A program made the position numbers and the translations under genes. 64,000 nucleotides of DNA, from positions 106,578,001 to 106,642,000 of the forward strand of contig NC_043001.1 of assembly GCF_006345805.1 (NCBI RefSeq), written 5' to 3'. Position 1 is the first letter of the stretch; each line of letters begins with the position of its first letter. Under the pieces are notes generated by a model. The model saw nothing but the letters and a program-made list of their open reading frames with translations, was not told the origin of the DNA and searched no databases. This document shows positions 1-12,986 of this stretch, piece after piece. The stretch comes from Octopus sinensis. Lineage: Eukaryota.

Positions 1-774
1 CTCTCTCTCTCTCTCTCTCTTCAACAACAGGATTAAGAAAAACACAGCAGCAGCAGCAATGATAGCAGGGATGACAGTCTTCTCCTGGAAGAGGAGGAGG
101 AATTTCTATCATTGAAAGTTCAAAGTTCAAAAACTTGCACCATTCTAACGGCACAAAAGAGAGTAGCAGTAGAACAATAACAACAACATGAAAACAGTAA
201 CAACAACAGCAATATAGTTACTAAAAAGAACAGCAGCAGCGGCAGCAGTAGTAGCAGCAATAGCAGCAACGGCTGTGACGGCAGCAATAGCAGCAACGGC
301 TGTGACGATAGCAATAGTAGCAGAGAGCAGGGGCAGCAATAGCAACAAGGAAGAAGGGTAACAGTAAGAGTACTAGCAACGCTTTATCCACAACAACAAC
401 AGCAATTACACCAACAGCAATTACACCAACAGCAATTACACCAACAGCAACGAAAGGAAAACACACAAACGCAACAGCGAACGTACCTGAGCGTCGACGA
501 GAGTCATCTAGCTGGTCTGTTCTGGAAGGTAGTCTGACCGGGCAGTGCTACCGGAAGAGGGGACATTGCCGATTCGGGATAAACTCTACAGGTATCGTTG
601 TGCAGTCAGCAGGGCCATCTTGAGATGTGTGCAGCGTGACAAAACTATTCTAGAGGTACTCTCGGACAGTACTCGAGCATTACTGAATTGTGAAGTAAAT
701 ACGTGGTAACTCCATCACGACACACAAGGATCCGACATGTCAGCAAAGTGGGCAAGGACTTTCTCTATCCCCCT

Positions 775-826
<52 letters not shown>

Positions 827-1585
827 AACAACAGGATTAAGAAAAACACAGCAGCAGCAGCAATGATAGCAGGGATGACAGTCTTCTCCTGGAAGAGGAG
901 GAGGAATTTCTATCATTGAAAGTTCAAAGTTCAAAAACTTGCACCATTCTAACGGCACAAAAGAGAGTAGCAGTAGAACAATAACAACAACATGAAAACA
1001 GTAACAACAACAGCAATATAGTTACTAAAAAGAACAGCAGCAGCGGCAGCAGTAGTAGCAGCAATAGCAGCAACGGCTGTGACGGCAGCAATAGCAGCAA
1101 CGGCTGTGACGATAGCAATAGTAGCAGAGAGCAGGGGCAGCAATAGCAACAAGGAAGAAGGGTAACAGTAAGAGTACTAGCAACGCTTTATCCACAACAA
1201 CAACAGCAATTACACCAACAGCAATTACACCAACAGCAATTACACCAACAGCAACGAAAGGAAAACACACAAACGCAACAGCGAACGTACCTGAGCGTCG
1301 ACGAGAGTCATCTAGCTGGTCTGTTCTGGAAGGTAGTCTGACCGGGCAGTGCTACCGGAAGAGGGGACATTGCCGATTCGGGATAAACTCTACAGGTATC
1401 GTTGTGCAGTCAGCAGGGCCATCTTGAGATGTGTGCAGCGTGACAAAACTATTCTAGAGGTACTCTCGGACAGTACTCGAGCATTACTGAATTGTGAAGT
1501 AAATACGTGGTAACTCCATTACGACACACAAGGATCCGACATGTCAGCAAAGTGGGCAAGGACTTTCTCTATCCCCCTTATTCTC

Positions 1586-1608
<23 letters not shown>
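1..1608. repeat. Tandem duplication, period 804 bp, (CT)n-U-(CT)n-U-(CT/CTTT)n
   Basis: Seen: 21-778 matches 825-1582 at offset 804, and identical ORFs appear at 120/924, 145/949 and 221/1025. I saw one substitution (C716 vs T1520). The unit contains CAG/CAA-rich trinucleotide sequence and a 15-bp x3 repeat. Confidence 0.97.
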
Positions 1609-1646
<38 letters not shown>

Positions 1647-2512
1647 CTCTCTCTCTTTCTTTCTCTCTCTCTCTCTCTTTCTCTTTTTCTCATTCTTTAA
1701 AGTTTTGTTATGGAGACTTAAACACGAAATATCAAAATTAATTATATATTTCTTCGGAATAAGTGAAATATCTTTGTTGTAAACATTTTTGTCACAGCAT
1801 CACATTTATGTATTTTCTTTAAAATGGAAAGGTGCAGAAAGGGTTTTATACCTTGTGGAAGGAAAATGAATACATAGATGTTTCATGTGAAATCAAAAGA
1901 AATTTCTATAAAGTGTCTTCCGCGTAGTGACAAGGAATGTATGTACAGGATTTGTGCCGAAAGAAATTATAATCAACAGTTGTGTAGTTAACCTCAGCTG
2001 AGCTGTAACAGACGAGCAATAACACCTGATGACAATAACGAATCGTCGATCATTCTCTCAGAAGGTTGCCATATTATCGACTTTACTTTCTCTGACACAT
2101 AAATATATCTTTAGTGTTCACAGCAAACAAAAATCGAAAAGATGCCATATGATATATTAAAACAAAAACCAACAGAAAAACAAAACTAACATGTCTCAAG
2201 TATATGCCAATCGAAGATTAATTACAACTCTGGCATCAAATACAATTTTTTTTAACTCTTAAGTTATGGAGAAGTAAAATTAATAAATGATGACAATCAA
2301 AGCTGTCTGCAATGCGCCATTGTAATCACTTCCTCGCTGACACTTCTCTCAAAAACAATCTTCTTAATGACGCTTCCTTGTATTTATATCATTGTCTTTC
2401 AGTAAATTGTTTATGTGTTGACTTGTTTATTTAATTTTTTTCTTTCACTTTGCTGCATGATTATATTGATGTATGTATTTATTAGGCATCGTTACCAAAA
2501 TATAATTAATGA

Positions 2513-2702
<190 letters not shown>

Positions 2703-2744
2703 TAGTTATGATAACTGCATAGCTTCTAAGTTCAAATACCATCG

Positions 2745-3055
2745 AGATCGTCTTTGCTTTTTATCCCTTTCGAGATAATAAACTTCAATACCAGTTATGT
2801 ACTTGGGTCGATGTAATCGACCAACTCGCACCGCCTCCGAATTTCAGGCCTTGTATCTATATTAGAAATAATTATTTTCATAACGGCGGTGGATTACCAG
2901 AATCGCTGGATCGTCGTAAAATGTGTTTTGTAGTAGCTGTTCTGGCTTTTAACGTTCCGAGCTCAAATCGTGCTGTGGTTAACTTTGCTTTTTATACCTT
3001 TCGAGAACGAAGAAACAAAGTACCATTGAAGTACTGGACTAATTTAATCAACTAA
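2745..3055 (+). mobile_element. Two highly decayed SINE-1 (OK-like) copies
   Basis: Degenerate matches to the family motifs TACCAGTTA..CTTGGGTCGATGTAATCGAC and GGCGG..CAGAATCG..GAGCTCAAAT. Confidence 0.6.
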
Positions 3056-3061
3056 CCAAAT

Positions 3062-3345
3062 TTCACTATACTCGTTGCCAACCCTTGCCTTACTGACAGC
3101 ATCCCTGTACAGGGCTTGTACAGCTCTTACCAACCACTCATCTATCTCTAGCTTCTGCATTGATCACTAGATAAGAGAACGGGGGGTGCTGTCAAAGACT
3201 TCCTCCAAGCCAGCAAAAGCAAAGTACAGAGGTTTATCTCCTGCAGTTGACTTACCAGAAATATTAGCATCAGTGGTGCTTCTATCTGGCACAAAACCAA
3301 ACTGCATCTAATCTAGGCTAGCTCTTTCCCTAATTACTTATCCAT
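3062..3345 (-). mobile_element. RTE-like LINE reverse transcriptase fragment (decayed)
   Basis: Minus-strand translation gives VIRERASLD*MQFGFVPDRSTTDA...KPLYFAFAGLEEVFD...MQKLEIDEWLVRAVQALYRDAVSKARVGNEYSE, the QFGF/KAFD region of non-LTR RTs. Clade assigned from recalled motifs. Confidence 0.8.
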
Positions 3346-3989
3346 GCACTTATGATGGATATAGACTCGTGAGAGCACTGGAAAAATCACGGAAGGGCAC
3401 CCTGTCCAATGTAATTCGTGAAATACAAAAATATTGGATTGACATGGCTGGAAAGGTTTGCTCAACTAAAACTGAGCAATAATAAGTACAGTGTATGTTA
3501 AAGAGTACCTTGGTTCCTCTAAGATATAAATGTGTTGTAATATCTTAAACAAATGAAACCGATACTATAACAAGTGCAGCCGCGACGGGGATTTGTGGAT
3601 TTGTCGGCGTTAGGAAATCTTTTGTAGCTGCCGTAATCTTTATCTCCGGTCACGATTTACGATCATTTTTTACTTTTCATTTGAAAAGGAAGGTGTGGCT
3701 GGAGAAGAGATGTCTGTCGGAGAGTATGTTCAAAAGGAGATTGAAGCATGTTGCACGAGTTGTGTGCGTGAAAGGAACCGTGTGAATAGGCTATAAAAGA
3801 AGAATAAAAAAAAAAAGGTACCAGTGATAGATCAGGGCTTGTGGGGTCGGAGCGTGGCCGGATCATCGCTACATTTGTGTTGTCTCTGTATTGTTAATTT
3901 CATTCGAATTTTTAAAAATATTTTATATAATTTTTGTATTCATATTTTATGTAAAATCATAACGTATTACTGATCCCAATCAGTTGTTT

Positions 3990-4395
3990 TGTCCATTTCT
4001 GTGTTTGGTCCCCTGTGGGCATTAAAGAAATTGGTATTTCGTCTGTCTTTAGGTTCTGAGTTCAAAATTCCGCCAACGTCGACTTTGCCTTTCATCCTTT
4101 CGGGGTCGATACATTAATACCAGTTACGCACTGAGGTCGATGTAATCGACTTAATCCCTTTGTCTGACCTTGTTTTCCCCCTCTATGTTTAGCCCCTTGA
4201 AGGCAATAAAGAAATAAGAAACGTTAGCAATCCGGGCGAAATACTTAGCGGTATTTCGTCTGTCTATACGTTCTGAGTTCAAATTTCGCAAGGTCGTCTT
4301 TGCCTTTTATACTTTCGGGGGTCGAGGAAATAAGTGACAGTTGCATACTGGGGTCGGTCTAATCGTCTGGCCCCTCTCCCCCAAAATTTAGGGCC
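3990..4395 (+). mobile_element. SINE-1 head-to-tail array (type-A tail + type-A unit + type-B unit)
   Basis: Junctions are AAAGAAATT|GGTATTTCGTC at 4033 and AAAGAAATA|AGAAACGTTAGC at 4217. B-box GAGTTCAAA is present. The array ends in the type-B tail CCTAGAGTAGAAA. Confidence 0.9.
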
Positions 4396-6216
4396 TTGTG
4401 CCTAGAGTAGAAATGAAGACTTAGCTGGTGTATTAATTAATATTTTGGTTTCGTTGAGGAGGTTCTCTTCTGATTGCAACTTGAGTTGATACCTTCTTTA
4501 CTACGCTGCCCTAGTTTTTCTTTCCTGGGATATTGTTAGATATAATAGATGAAGAGAATGTATTCTGTGTAGTATATTGTCGTGCGTTAATGCTGTTGCT
4601 TCTTGCGTTGACCAAAAGTGGTTTCTGTTTTATGTCATTTTTCTTAGTATTACTTTGTACATTGATTAACTATTTTTACTTGGATGTCTTATATAAGAAT
4701 GCTGTAGACGCGATGCATGTAAATCTTATCTTTATTCTTTCTCAGTACATGTAACATGCTAATATTGTTGATTTTCAGGATTGGCTGCATTAGATTATTG
4801 CTTTTAGTTTTGCTGCTGAGAAGAAATATTGTGCATTTGGTGGACGGTAATTTTCGTCTCTTTACTGAAAGGTTTCTCTACTGCTTGTTCTTTTCCCCAT
4901 TTCAAATAAATGCATTTCGTGTCCTATTACTTAGTTTTTTTTCATGTAATGTCGTTTGTGTTGTCTATGTAGTGGATGTATCTAGGAGTGAGTTTTATGT
5001 GTTATGAGACATTAAATGTCGCATGATTTCTCCTGCTTTTTAGGAATCTAATCAGAAATTTTACATGTGTTTCTTGTATCCTTGTAATATAATGCGTGTT
5101 TGATGAGGGCAACTAGCGATGCTGCATTATAATAATAGTTCTAGTATATTTTGTGTTGCGTTTCAATGGCGTGCGTTATTTACTGCGCCGCTTATTTCTG
5201 CGTGTTTCTGTGTAACGTGCTTGCATTTCTACATGCTGGTTCTTAGAGTTGCTGGCATTCTAAAATGTTCAGTAAAGTCTTTGATGAAAATTATGGTTGT
5301 TTTAGTAGAGAGATAATGATGTTAGATATACTATTTTGGTTTTGTTAGATTGGCTGTTTTGGCTTTGGTTCCTTACACAGTATGCTTGAAAATCAGCAGT
5401 TTCCTCTTTGTCTACGGCTAAATATCTTTATACTCGGCATAAGTTGTACTTGAACATTGTAAAGTTCAAAACTTAACAAAGTTATATATTCTGCTTCTAA
5501 AACCACCGGCTTCAATAATTTAGAACGTAAGTATATTCGATCAGGACTAAACAAAAATCAAAACAACTTCTGGGACGTCGTGGAAATGATCAGTCTTTAA
5601 CAATGCAAGAATATCCCGAGACTGGAAGCGATTTTGGGAGATTCCTGAAGAGTGAATGGTGCATATTTGCTCTGGGTGCAACATAGCCGAGTGTATAAGA
5701 AGTTAGCTTCACAATAGCAAGGTTCCTTGTTCAATTCCACTACGTGGAATATTGGGCAAGTATGTTTATCATGGCCGCGGAGGTGGGCCGACCCAAGTCT
5801 TGTAAATCAAATTGAGCAGAAAGAGCAGAAAGCTCGTCAGGTGAATTGTACTTTAAATGTCCATTCTTGTCACACACTTTATTACACTGATTCTGCTTAA
5901 GTACGCTAAGGGGACATGTGTCCGTATTATAGGTAGCAACATATTCGCTAATTTAATGAGAAGATTGCTCAGTTGATCAAAAAGCAGAATACATATCGTC
6001 GAAATCGACGAAGATCCACTTTCTTTTACAGGTCCCCATAAACAGAAGACCAGAAAGAGCCCTTTAATGAAATTTTATCATGTCCAGTTATTTCCAATTA
6101 TTGACAGGCGAACATTTTTATAGGGAGTTGATGTTTTTCGATGAAAAATGAAAATATGCAGTCGGTATAAAGGAATACATGTTACATATATTTTAGGATT
6201 AGTAATACCGTCTTGT

Positions 6217-6531
6217 GGATGCACATGGCCTAGTGGTTAGAGCAGGGGACTCGCGGTCGAGGGATCGCATGTTCGAATCTCAGACCAGGCGATGTTTGTG
6301 TTTATGAGCGAAACACCTAAGCTCCACGCGGCCCCGGCAGAAGGTAATGGCGAAGGTCTGCTGACTCTTTCACCACAACTTTCTCTCACTCTTTCTTCCT
6401 ATATCTTGCAGCTCACCTGCGACGGACTGGCGTCCCATCCAGATGGGGAACATATACGCCACGGAAACCGGGGAAACCGGCCCTTATGAGCCAGGCGTGA
6501 CTTGCGAAGGAACAAAAAAACAACAAAACAA
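6217..6531 (+). mobile_element. SINE-3 (tRNA-derived head, tail variant 1)
   Basis: A-box TGGCCTAGTGG and B-box GTTCGAATC. Body ACACCTAAGCTCCACG..CACCACAACTTTCTCTCACTC. The 3' part is GCGACGGACTGGCGTCCCATCCAG, then an AAC-rich tail. Confidence 0.85.
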
Positions 6532-7837
6532 TGCTGTCTTAACTGACCCCTTCGAGTACTCAAACTCGATTATGTAGTTACCTTGATAGCAAGGAATCCC
6601 ATCAAGTTAACCCTACATCGTGGACTCTGAACTGTTTACTCTTGCAAGTGAAAAATAGTTGTTCTTCTAAAGAGTGTTGCTCGACACTTACCAAATATAG
6701 TAGAATTTTTATTGTATATAAACTACAAGCTTTTTTTATTAGTTATACACTCGTGTTCATAGAAAATATCACGCAAAAGCAACAAGAACAACAACGAGTA
6801 AACATCCAAGTTCAATTCGGTGAATATAAAACCTCAACTTCTTTAGTTTGCAGCGGCAATAGTCTATATATCTTTACATGATGATCAATAATCAATGTAA
6901 ATCGAAAACATTTTTACTTTAATTTACAGGAGCAATAGAAAAACAATATTAGCTTCATAAACAGTGTTCTTTAATGAAGTGAAGTATATTGATACAACAC
7001 AACTATCGGTTTCATGTGATCAGATTATGAGGCAGGATTTTATTTTCGTTCCTACGTTTATGTTATACCTTTACAAAAAAATTCACTTGAAAATATTTTA
7101 TTGAATGAAAGCCATGAAAATATTCTCTATAACGATGTCAGATTGATGCTATTTAACTATGTTTCTATTGATATATTTTTGTTTTCATCCACTTGTGAAT
7201 GCACTTTTGCCTACACCACATACACACATGTCATTGCGGTTGATTAAAAAGTTTTTCTCAAACCTAAAATCAAATTATTGGTCGTTTATGTATTCAGAAT
7301 GTAAATCACAGGATTCTATTTTCTTACAAATTTCATCTTCTACTTTATTTATTTATATATTTATTTCTCTATTTCTCACTTTGTTTAGAAGCGCACGTTA
7401 AACTCATCATGACATCTCATAAATATATATTGAAATCTTATTAAAGAAAGATCTCGGTGTTTCAAGAAACGAAGTTGCAGAAATAAAGTTGTCAGTTGGT
7501 GATATATTATTGGAGTTAGAATGATGGAGTTAGTGCAGGAAGTAAGAATGATAAAGTTAGTACAGGAAGTAGAGAGCTGAAATAGATTATTTGCATTATT
7601 TCGCCTGCTGTCTCGCATTTCACTGTTCAGATTCCACTGAATTCAAATTTGTTTTCATCTTTTTGTTAGTTCGTAAAGTAAATTCCCGTTATATATACTA
7701 TTAAAACCAAAAGACAAATTACTCTCCTCTCATTTCCAAGCAAAACTTTGTGATCGGTAAACAAATTATTCTGGGAGTCGCAAACACACATTAAGAGGGT
7801 GAGATAATAAAATATAAAGACTACTACATTTATCTAT

Positions 7838-8086
7838 CGATACCTGGCGACTGTGCTTGTGCGGTTCAGCCTAGGCCTTGGCTTCCTTGGATGATCAATG
7901 ACTTTGTATCACACCATTGACTCGATAGTTCGGGTGAACGGTTTCCTTTCGAAGCTGTTCTGCATCAGAGCAAATACTGCGGAACAAAGGCAGCAAGCCG
8001 TTCTATACAACGTTCTAATAGTTTTGCCAAGACATCATTTGGACGATTCGGCAGAGCCATTAGAACTATATACACATGTAAAATAA
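7838..8086 (+). mobile_element. Tx1/L1-like LINE RT fragment (decayed)
   Basis: Translation RYLATVLVRFSLGLGFLG*SMTLYHTIDSIVRVNGFLSKLFCIR resembles the DHxYLxxVL..GFG..F..WI..LY..I.S.VRVNGFLS segment of L1/Tx1 RTs (recalled). Confidence 0.7.
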
Positions 8087-9209
8087 TGATATGGTCAAGA
8101 TGATACATGTTTGATCATGGGCCTTCTTGACAGGAACTACTTGGGGCTAAAACTTGAGTGACCAATTATTTCGGTCAACCTCATCATTAAATTTGGGTCT
8201 TCATTTTCATTCCAATGATTGATTACCTGCATTCTACCTTTAATTCATCAAGAAACGAACATCTAGCTGATTAACTTGCACGCCTGCCAGCGTTTTCAAG
8301 AAAACAAATAAAAACGAACAGAGGCCTGCCTCGATAAAATTTTATAATATTCAATTAAAGGAATGACCTGTCCTTTACATGGAAGAAGTTTTATTTTTTT
8401 GTCTCTTTAGAGTTTTTTTTTTTTGTCTCTTTAGAGATTTTTTACCATTTACTTATTTTCTGTTACATTTTCCTGTTGCTTTTTTTTATAATTTTTTCCC
8501 AGCTTCATCTATTTATTTTGTATTTTTATTTATTTATCTATTTGTAATTTTTTTTCTGATTCTCCTTTCATTTATAATCCATAATTCAATGGAGGCAAAA
8601 GAACAGTTCAATGTTGTCAAACGGAGATGGTTTTCAAGTATAGAACTGCCAAAGCTGTTAAAAAGGAAGAAACGAAAGTCAGAGCACAAGAATAGCATCT
8701 ACACCAACAACAAAAAACAAAACAACAATTGGTTAAAGGCCCAAGTGGATGGATTGTTTCCTTTTTGTGTAGACAGCGGAATCGCTTGCAAAATATTCCA
8801 GTGAATGTTTTTTTTTTAGTTCCTTCTTTTCTAATCGATTCTCCTCTCACCCCGCCCTCTCTTTCAGAAACTAAGAACAGTATCACAATGAATAGATGTC
8901 ATCGTTTGATACATTCCGTTTGGCTTTAGAAATCGTACGTCAGCAACATACGATGACTGTATGACTAAGGCGGCGACGAGCTGGCAGAACCGTTACTGCG
9001 CCGGGAATGTATATGGTTATATGCGAGCTCGGTCCGCGTTGTGCTAGATTAAGCTAATAATATCCAGAGGAACATGAGATATAAAATTTTAAATGGTAGT
9101 GAATTTCAACTTTTGACTGTTTTGTCTATAATTTAATATCCACTCCACATGACCACCAGCACTTCTCTTGTTAAAAGTTCTCTCGACGTCACCGTAGTAG
9201 TTATTGCTG

Positions 9210-9710
9210 CTTCTTCTTCTTCTTGTTCTTCTTCTTCTTCTTCTTCTTCTTCTTCCAGTCAGGACTCACGCCATTAGCCACAAAGAATAAATCTCTAATT
9301 CGAGCCCACTCTAAGCTACTAAGAATATGTGTGGCAACTTGAAGATCCACCCACCACACACGATAGACTGGCGGTTGCACTAGCGCTAAAGCTACGTTCT
9401 TATCCTCATTCCGTAAACGGTGGATTTTAACGGGTGGAGAGCTGAATCATCCTGGGGTACAGAGGATTCGCAATCTAGACTAGGGTCTGAAAGTTTACCA
9501 CACCATAATGGGTTACACCATGGTTCCTCTGATTTGTGGAAGAAGTAGGAAGAAAGAGTGAGAGAAAGTTGTGGTGAAAGAGTACAGCGGGGTTCACCAC
9601 CACCCTCCGCCGTGGACCTTAGGTGTTTTTGCTCAATAAACACTCACAATGCCCGGACTGGGAATCGAAACCGCGTTCTTACGACCGCGAGTCAGCTGCC
9701 CTAACCACTG
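9210..9710 (-). mobile_element. SINE-3 head with a different 3' module ending in (GAA)n
   Basis: Same head and body as 6217 (CAGTGGTTAGGG..GGTTTCGATTCC..ACACCTAAG..CACCACAACTTTCTCTCACTC), but an unrelated 3' half that ends in (GAA)n at 9210-9255. Confidence 0.8.
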
Positions 9711-9882
9711 TCATTGTTTAGTTCCGAATCAACCTGGTTCAAGCAAGCCTATGATTTAAGGCATTCCAGCTTTTGAACATCCTGGCTGTGTGGTTCAGAA
9801 GTTTACTTCCCAACCATGTAATCTTTGGTTCAGTCCCACTACACAGCATCATGGCCAAGTGTCTTCTTATATATATAATAGT

Positions 9883-10185
9883 ACTCCGTCGGTTACGACG
9901 TCAAGGGTCCCAGCTGATACGATCAACGGAACAGCTTGCTCGTGAAATTAACGTGCAAGTGGCTGACCACTCCACAGACACGCGTACCCTTTACGTAGTT
10001 TTCAGGGAGATTCAGCGTGACACAGAGTGTGACAAGGCTGGCCCTTTGAAATATAGGTACTACTCAATTTTGCCAGCTGAGTGGACTGGAGCAACATGAA
10101 ATAAAGTGTAACAGCGTGTTGCTGGAAATTGAACTCACGACCTTACGATCGTGAGCCGAATGCCCTAACCACTAAGCCACGCGCC
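9883..10185 (-). mobile_element. SINE-4 (tRNA head + CORE-like centre + module-X tail)
   Basis: Head GGCGCGTGGCTTAGTGGTTAGGG..GAGTTCAATT. Tail GCCAGCCTTGTCACACTCTGTGTC..CGTAACCGACGGAG is shared with 16493-16860, 34381-34540 and 39235-39402. Confidence 0.8.
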
Positions 10186-10296
10186 TTTCATCCTTTCGGG
10201 GGTCAATAAATTAAGTACCAGTTGCTTACTGGGGTCGATCTAATCGACTGGCACCCTCCCTCAAAATTCGGGCCTTGTGCCTAGGGTAGAAAAGAA
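10184..10296 (+). mobile_element. SINE-1 type-B 3' half (similar fragment at 10950-11048)
   Basis: CCTTTCATCCTTTCGGGG..TACCAGTTGC.TACTGGGGTCGATCTAATCGACTGG..GTAGAAAAGAA. Confidence 0.85.
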
Positions 10297-11599
10297 CATA
10301 TACTAACGTATGATACTATTTTTTAGGACGATAGGGTATTTGAGTTTCCATCGTAAGCTAAGTTCTTATTCTTCAATATTTTTTATTTAATTATTTTCCG
10401 AAATATTTTGCCATTGTTTTAGCAGATTTTGGATGAGCAGATCAATGGGTGTAATCGATAGTCGAGTAACACTAAAAGCCTTAAAGTGTTCAAAATTTGA
10501 ATCCATTCCTTGGCTTATAGAATAATTACGTGTCAGATAATGGAATCGAATTAATCTTTCATGAGTCCTTTCACCTTACAAAACTTTGTGTAAAATTGAA
10601 AGTCCTAAAACTGTTGCAAATATAATTAGAAGAGAAAGCAACACGTGAATATAAATCAAATGTTTCAAGCAGGCAAAATTATCTAACAACAAATATGTAT
10701 AACTCTATCCTAACCAGTAATCGCTGTACACGAGATAATCTTTCGGTGATGCGAGTTCGATTCTAGCTTGAAGCATTTTCTCTTCATTAAATATTTTAAT
10801 GATCAATGCTAGAATATGATAGCAAGGATATCAGCCGTTTCTTTCCACTAAATTTAATGTTCACTGCAAGTGAAATTAATCAGTTTCCGAATTTTTTTAA
10901 TTATAGTTATTTTCAAACGCCATAAATTTATTACACATATTTATTACAGAGTCGATAAAATGAAGTACCAGTTGCGTACTGGGGTCTATCTAATCGCCTG
11001 GCCCCCTCCTCCAAAATTTCTAGCCTCGTGCCTACAGTAGAAAAGAATACTGTCATACACTAATACCATACTGTTCTGCTGAATACTGATACGATACTAA
11101 TTCTCTACTCTACTCATGATAAATAATTTCTTATAAAATGCAGAAACTTAGGAGAGAGCAATTGATTATATTGACCTTAGCATTTACGGGGTATTTATTC
11201 ATCGACATGGGAAGGGGGTATGGGGAATGCGATACCGGCCACAGTGGGATCTGAACTCAAGAATGTAACGAACCGTAACTAAGTAGCACAAAGCATTGTG
11301 TTCGACGCTCTAACGATTCTACCATTTCACTGTTGTTAATAATAAAAAAAAGAACAGCAGTAAAGAGATCAACAGGAGGGCAATACCAATATTGATATAT
11401 TCTGAAAAGGATTTTTTTTTTACAGTAGACGTAAAACGAACAAAATTAATTGGACAGAAACACTAAAAATGTGTTAACAAAGCATAATGTCTTACATCTA
11501 TTGTGTTGTCAGATCGTATTTAGGAAAAAAATGTAGCAAAGATAAGCTTCTATGTAGAGTAAAGAAGATCAATAGAGGCAAAAATATAGAATGATAAAA

Positions 11600-11900
11600 G
11601 GATTGCAAACTGAGAAAGGAATGAATGGAAAGTGTAAAAGAAAATGCATTATGTGGTCAGTGTGTCAGGCAAAAAGACAGCAAGATAGGAACAATGGTGG
11701 AAACTGAAGAACTATAAATGGAAACAAACCCTGATCGATACATGGGAACAACTGATTAGGACAAAATTTGTGAAAGCAAACATAGACAGAAACCAGAATC
11801 GTAGTATGTGATGGATATGTGGTATTGTAGATAAAAACCGTCAACGATTTATTGTGAAAATACATTGAGATGGCAGAGAAAGACTATAGATGAAGGCTCA
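11600..11900 (+). mobile_element. R4/Dong-like non-LTR retrotransposon fragment (CCHC region)
   Basis: Translation pieces ALCGQCVRQ (cf. PLHGQ) and KANIDRNQNRSM*WICGIVDK.TVNDL (cf. KAKIDK..SKCRxCG..DETVNH). Frameshifted. Confidence 0.65.
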
Positions 11901-11949
11901 AACGAATAAAGGAAACGATTGGGGATTGCAATTCAGTGAACGTGGTGAG

Positions 11950-12900
11950 CTGTGGAAAGCTATGTTGCTCAAAAACGACGGCAAGCTGTCAAGAAATCTG
12001 TGCATATTTCGAAGCCGGGGAACATGCCTAAGAGTCAAGAGACTCATCATCCCGTGATCGCATCTCTGCAGAGGGTGTTCATAACAGGCCGATCTTCCGA
12101 ATACCAAAAGCTGGTTCTTTTCCAATTTACAAAAGAGGGACCATGCAATAATGACATATATGCTTGAAACCAGGTACAAAAGACGGATTGCGCTACATCT
12201 CTGACCAACCTTTCGGAAATAGTTTCATATTTGTCCTATTTCTGAATGTGACTGACCACTTTACTCGTATTCTTTAGCCAATTTCTCCACACCTGATGTT
12301 CTGGACTGAACCAGATACTCAGCACTTTCATAAGATCTTCTGGCAACATATAGTTACTTCTCTAATGCCTAGTTTCAGTCTCACCGACTTGTCCAGGCCA
12401 TTCTTCTATGCTTGTAACCAAACTATATTCCTACAGTTTGGTATGGTCTCTCTTGATTTTTGACACATCACTGACCACCGCGGTGATACATCTTCTCATG
12501 TAGACACATCTCTGCAGTGCACAGATTCTTCTGATCAGAAGAATCCTTTCCCTCAGCAAAAGTGTAAGAGTAGATGCTCTACTCTGATCGGATGCGGCTC
12601 CGACAAGGCGGCGTTACAAGTTCGCTTCTTTAGTCTGATCGTTCAAGGTAAGTTATTTAGAAGACTAATCAGTCAGACTCAGCTTTGTCCCAGTTCCTGT
12701 TCACCCGGAATCCCGCATCTAACTATAGCCAAAGCGCCTTGAATATACACTCAGCCGAACAGTTGACAATGGCCGACGTAGATGTGCTTCTTGAAGGGTC
12801 ACCAAGTGATTATGGTTAATGCGGGCGCTTGTTTCCACCTAACATTTCATCAATATGGTGCAGACACTTCCTGCATTTCTAAGATACTGGACAGTGAAGT
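11950..12900 (+). mobile_element. Possible DIRS-like RT/RNaseH relic
   Basis: Degenerate PKSQETHHPVIASLQRVFI (cf. VPK..GGWRPVIDLS.LN.FI), FTRIL*PIS (cf. FTRVxAPVS) and FLKGHQVIMVN (cf. L.GH.V.V.SDN). Weak, with many stops. Confidence 0.4.
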
Positions 12901-12986
12901 AGTTTTATTATTCACGTTTGCAGATAAGGCTCCCTTGTATCGTATTATCTTGTAACATATTTTTACCCATCAAACTTCCACAGCTT

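Noticed and set aside
321-623. Stop-free frame with a Thr-rich repeat and GQCYRKRGHCRFG (defensin-like look)
   Set aside because: No start codon or credible acceptor, and only two cysteines, so no defensin spacing.
2026-2045. CTGATGA hammerhead core
   Set aside because: No stem II or properly placed GAAA.
6217-6290. tRNA genes at SINE heads (also 17053, 39061, 51429)
   Set aside because: A and B boxes are present, but there is no complete cloverleaf and each continues into a multi-copy SINE body.
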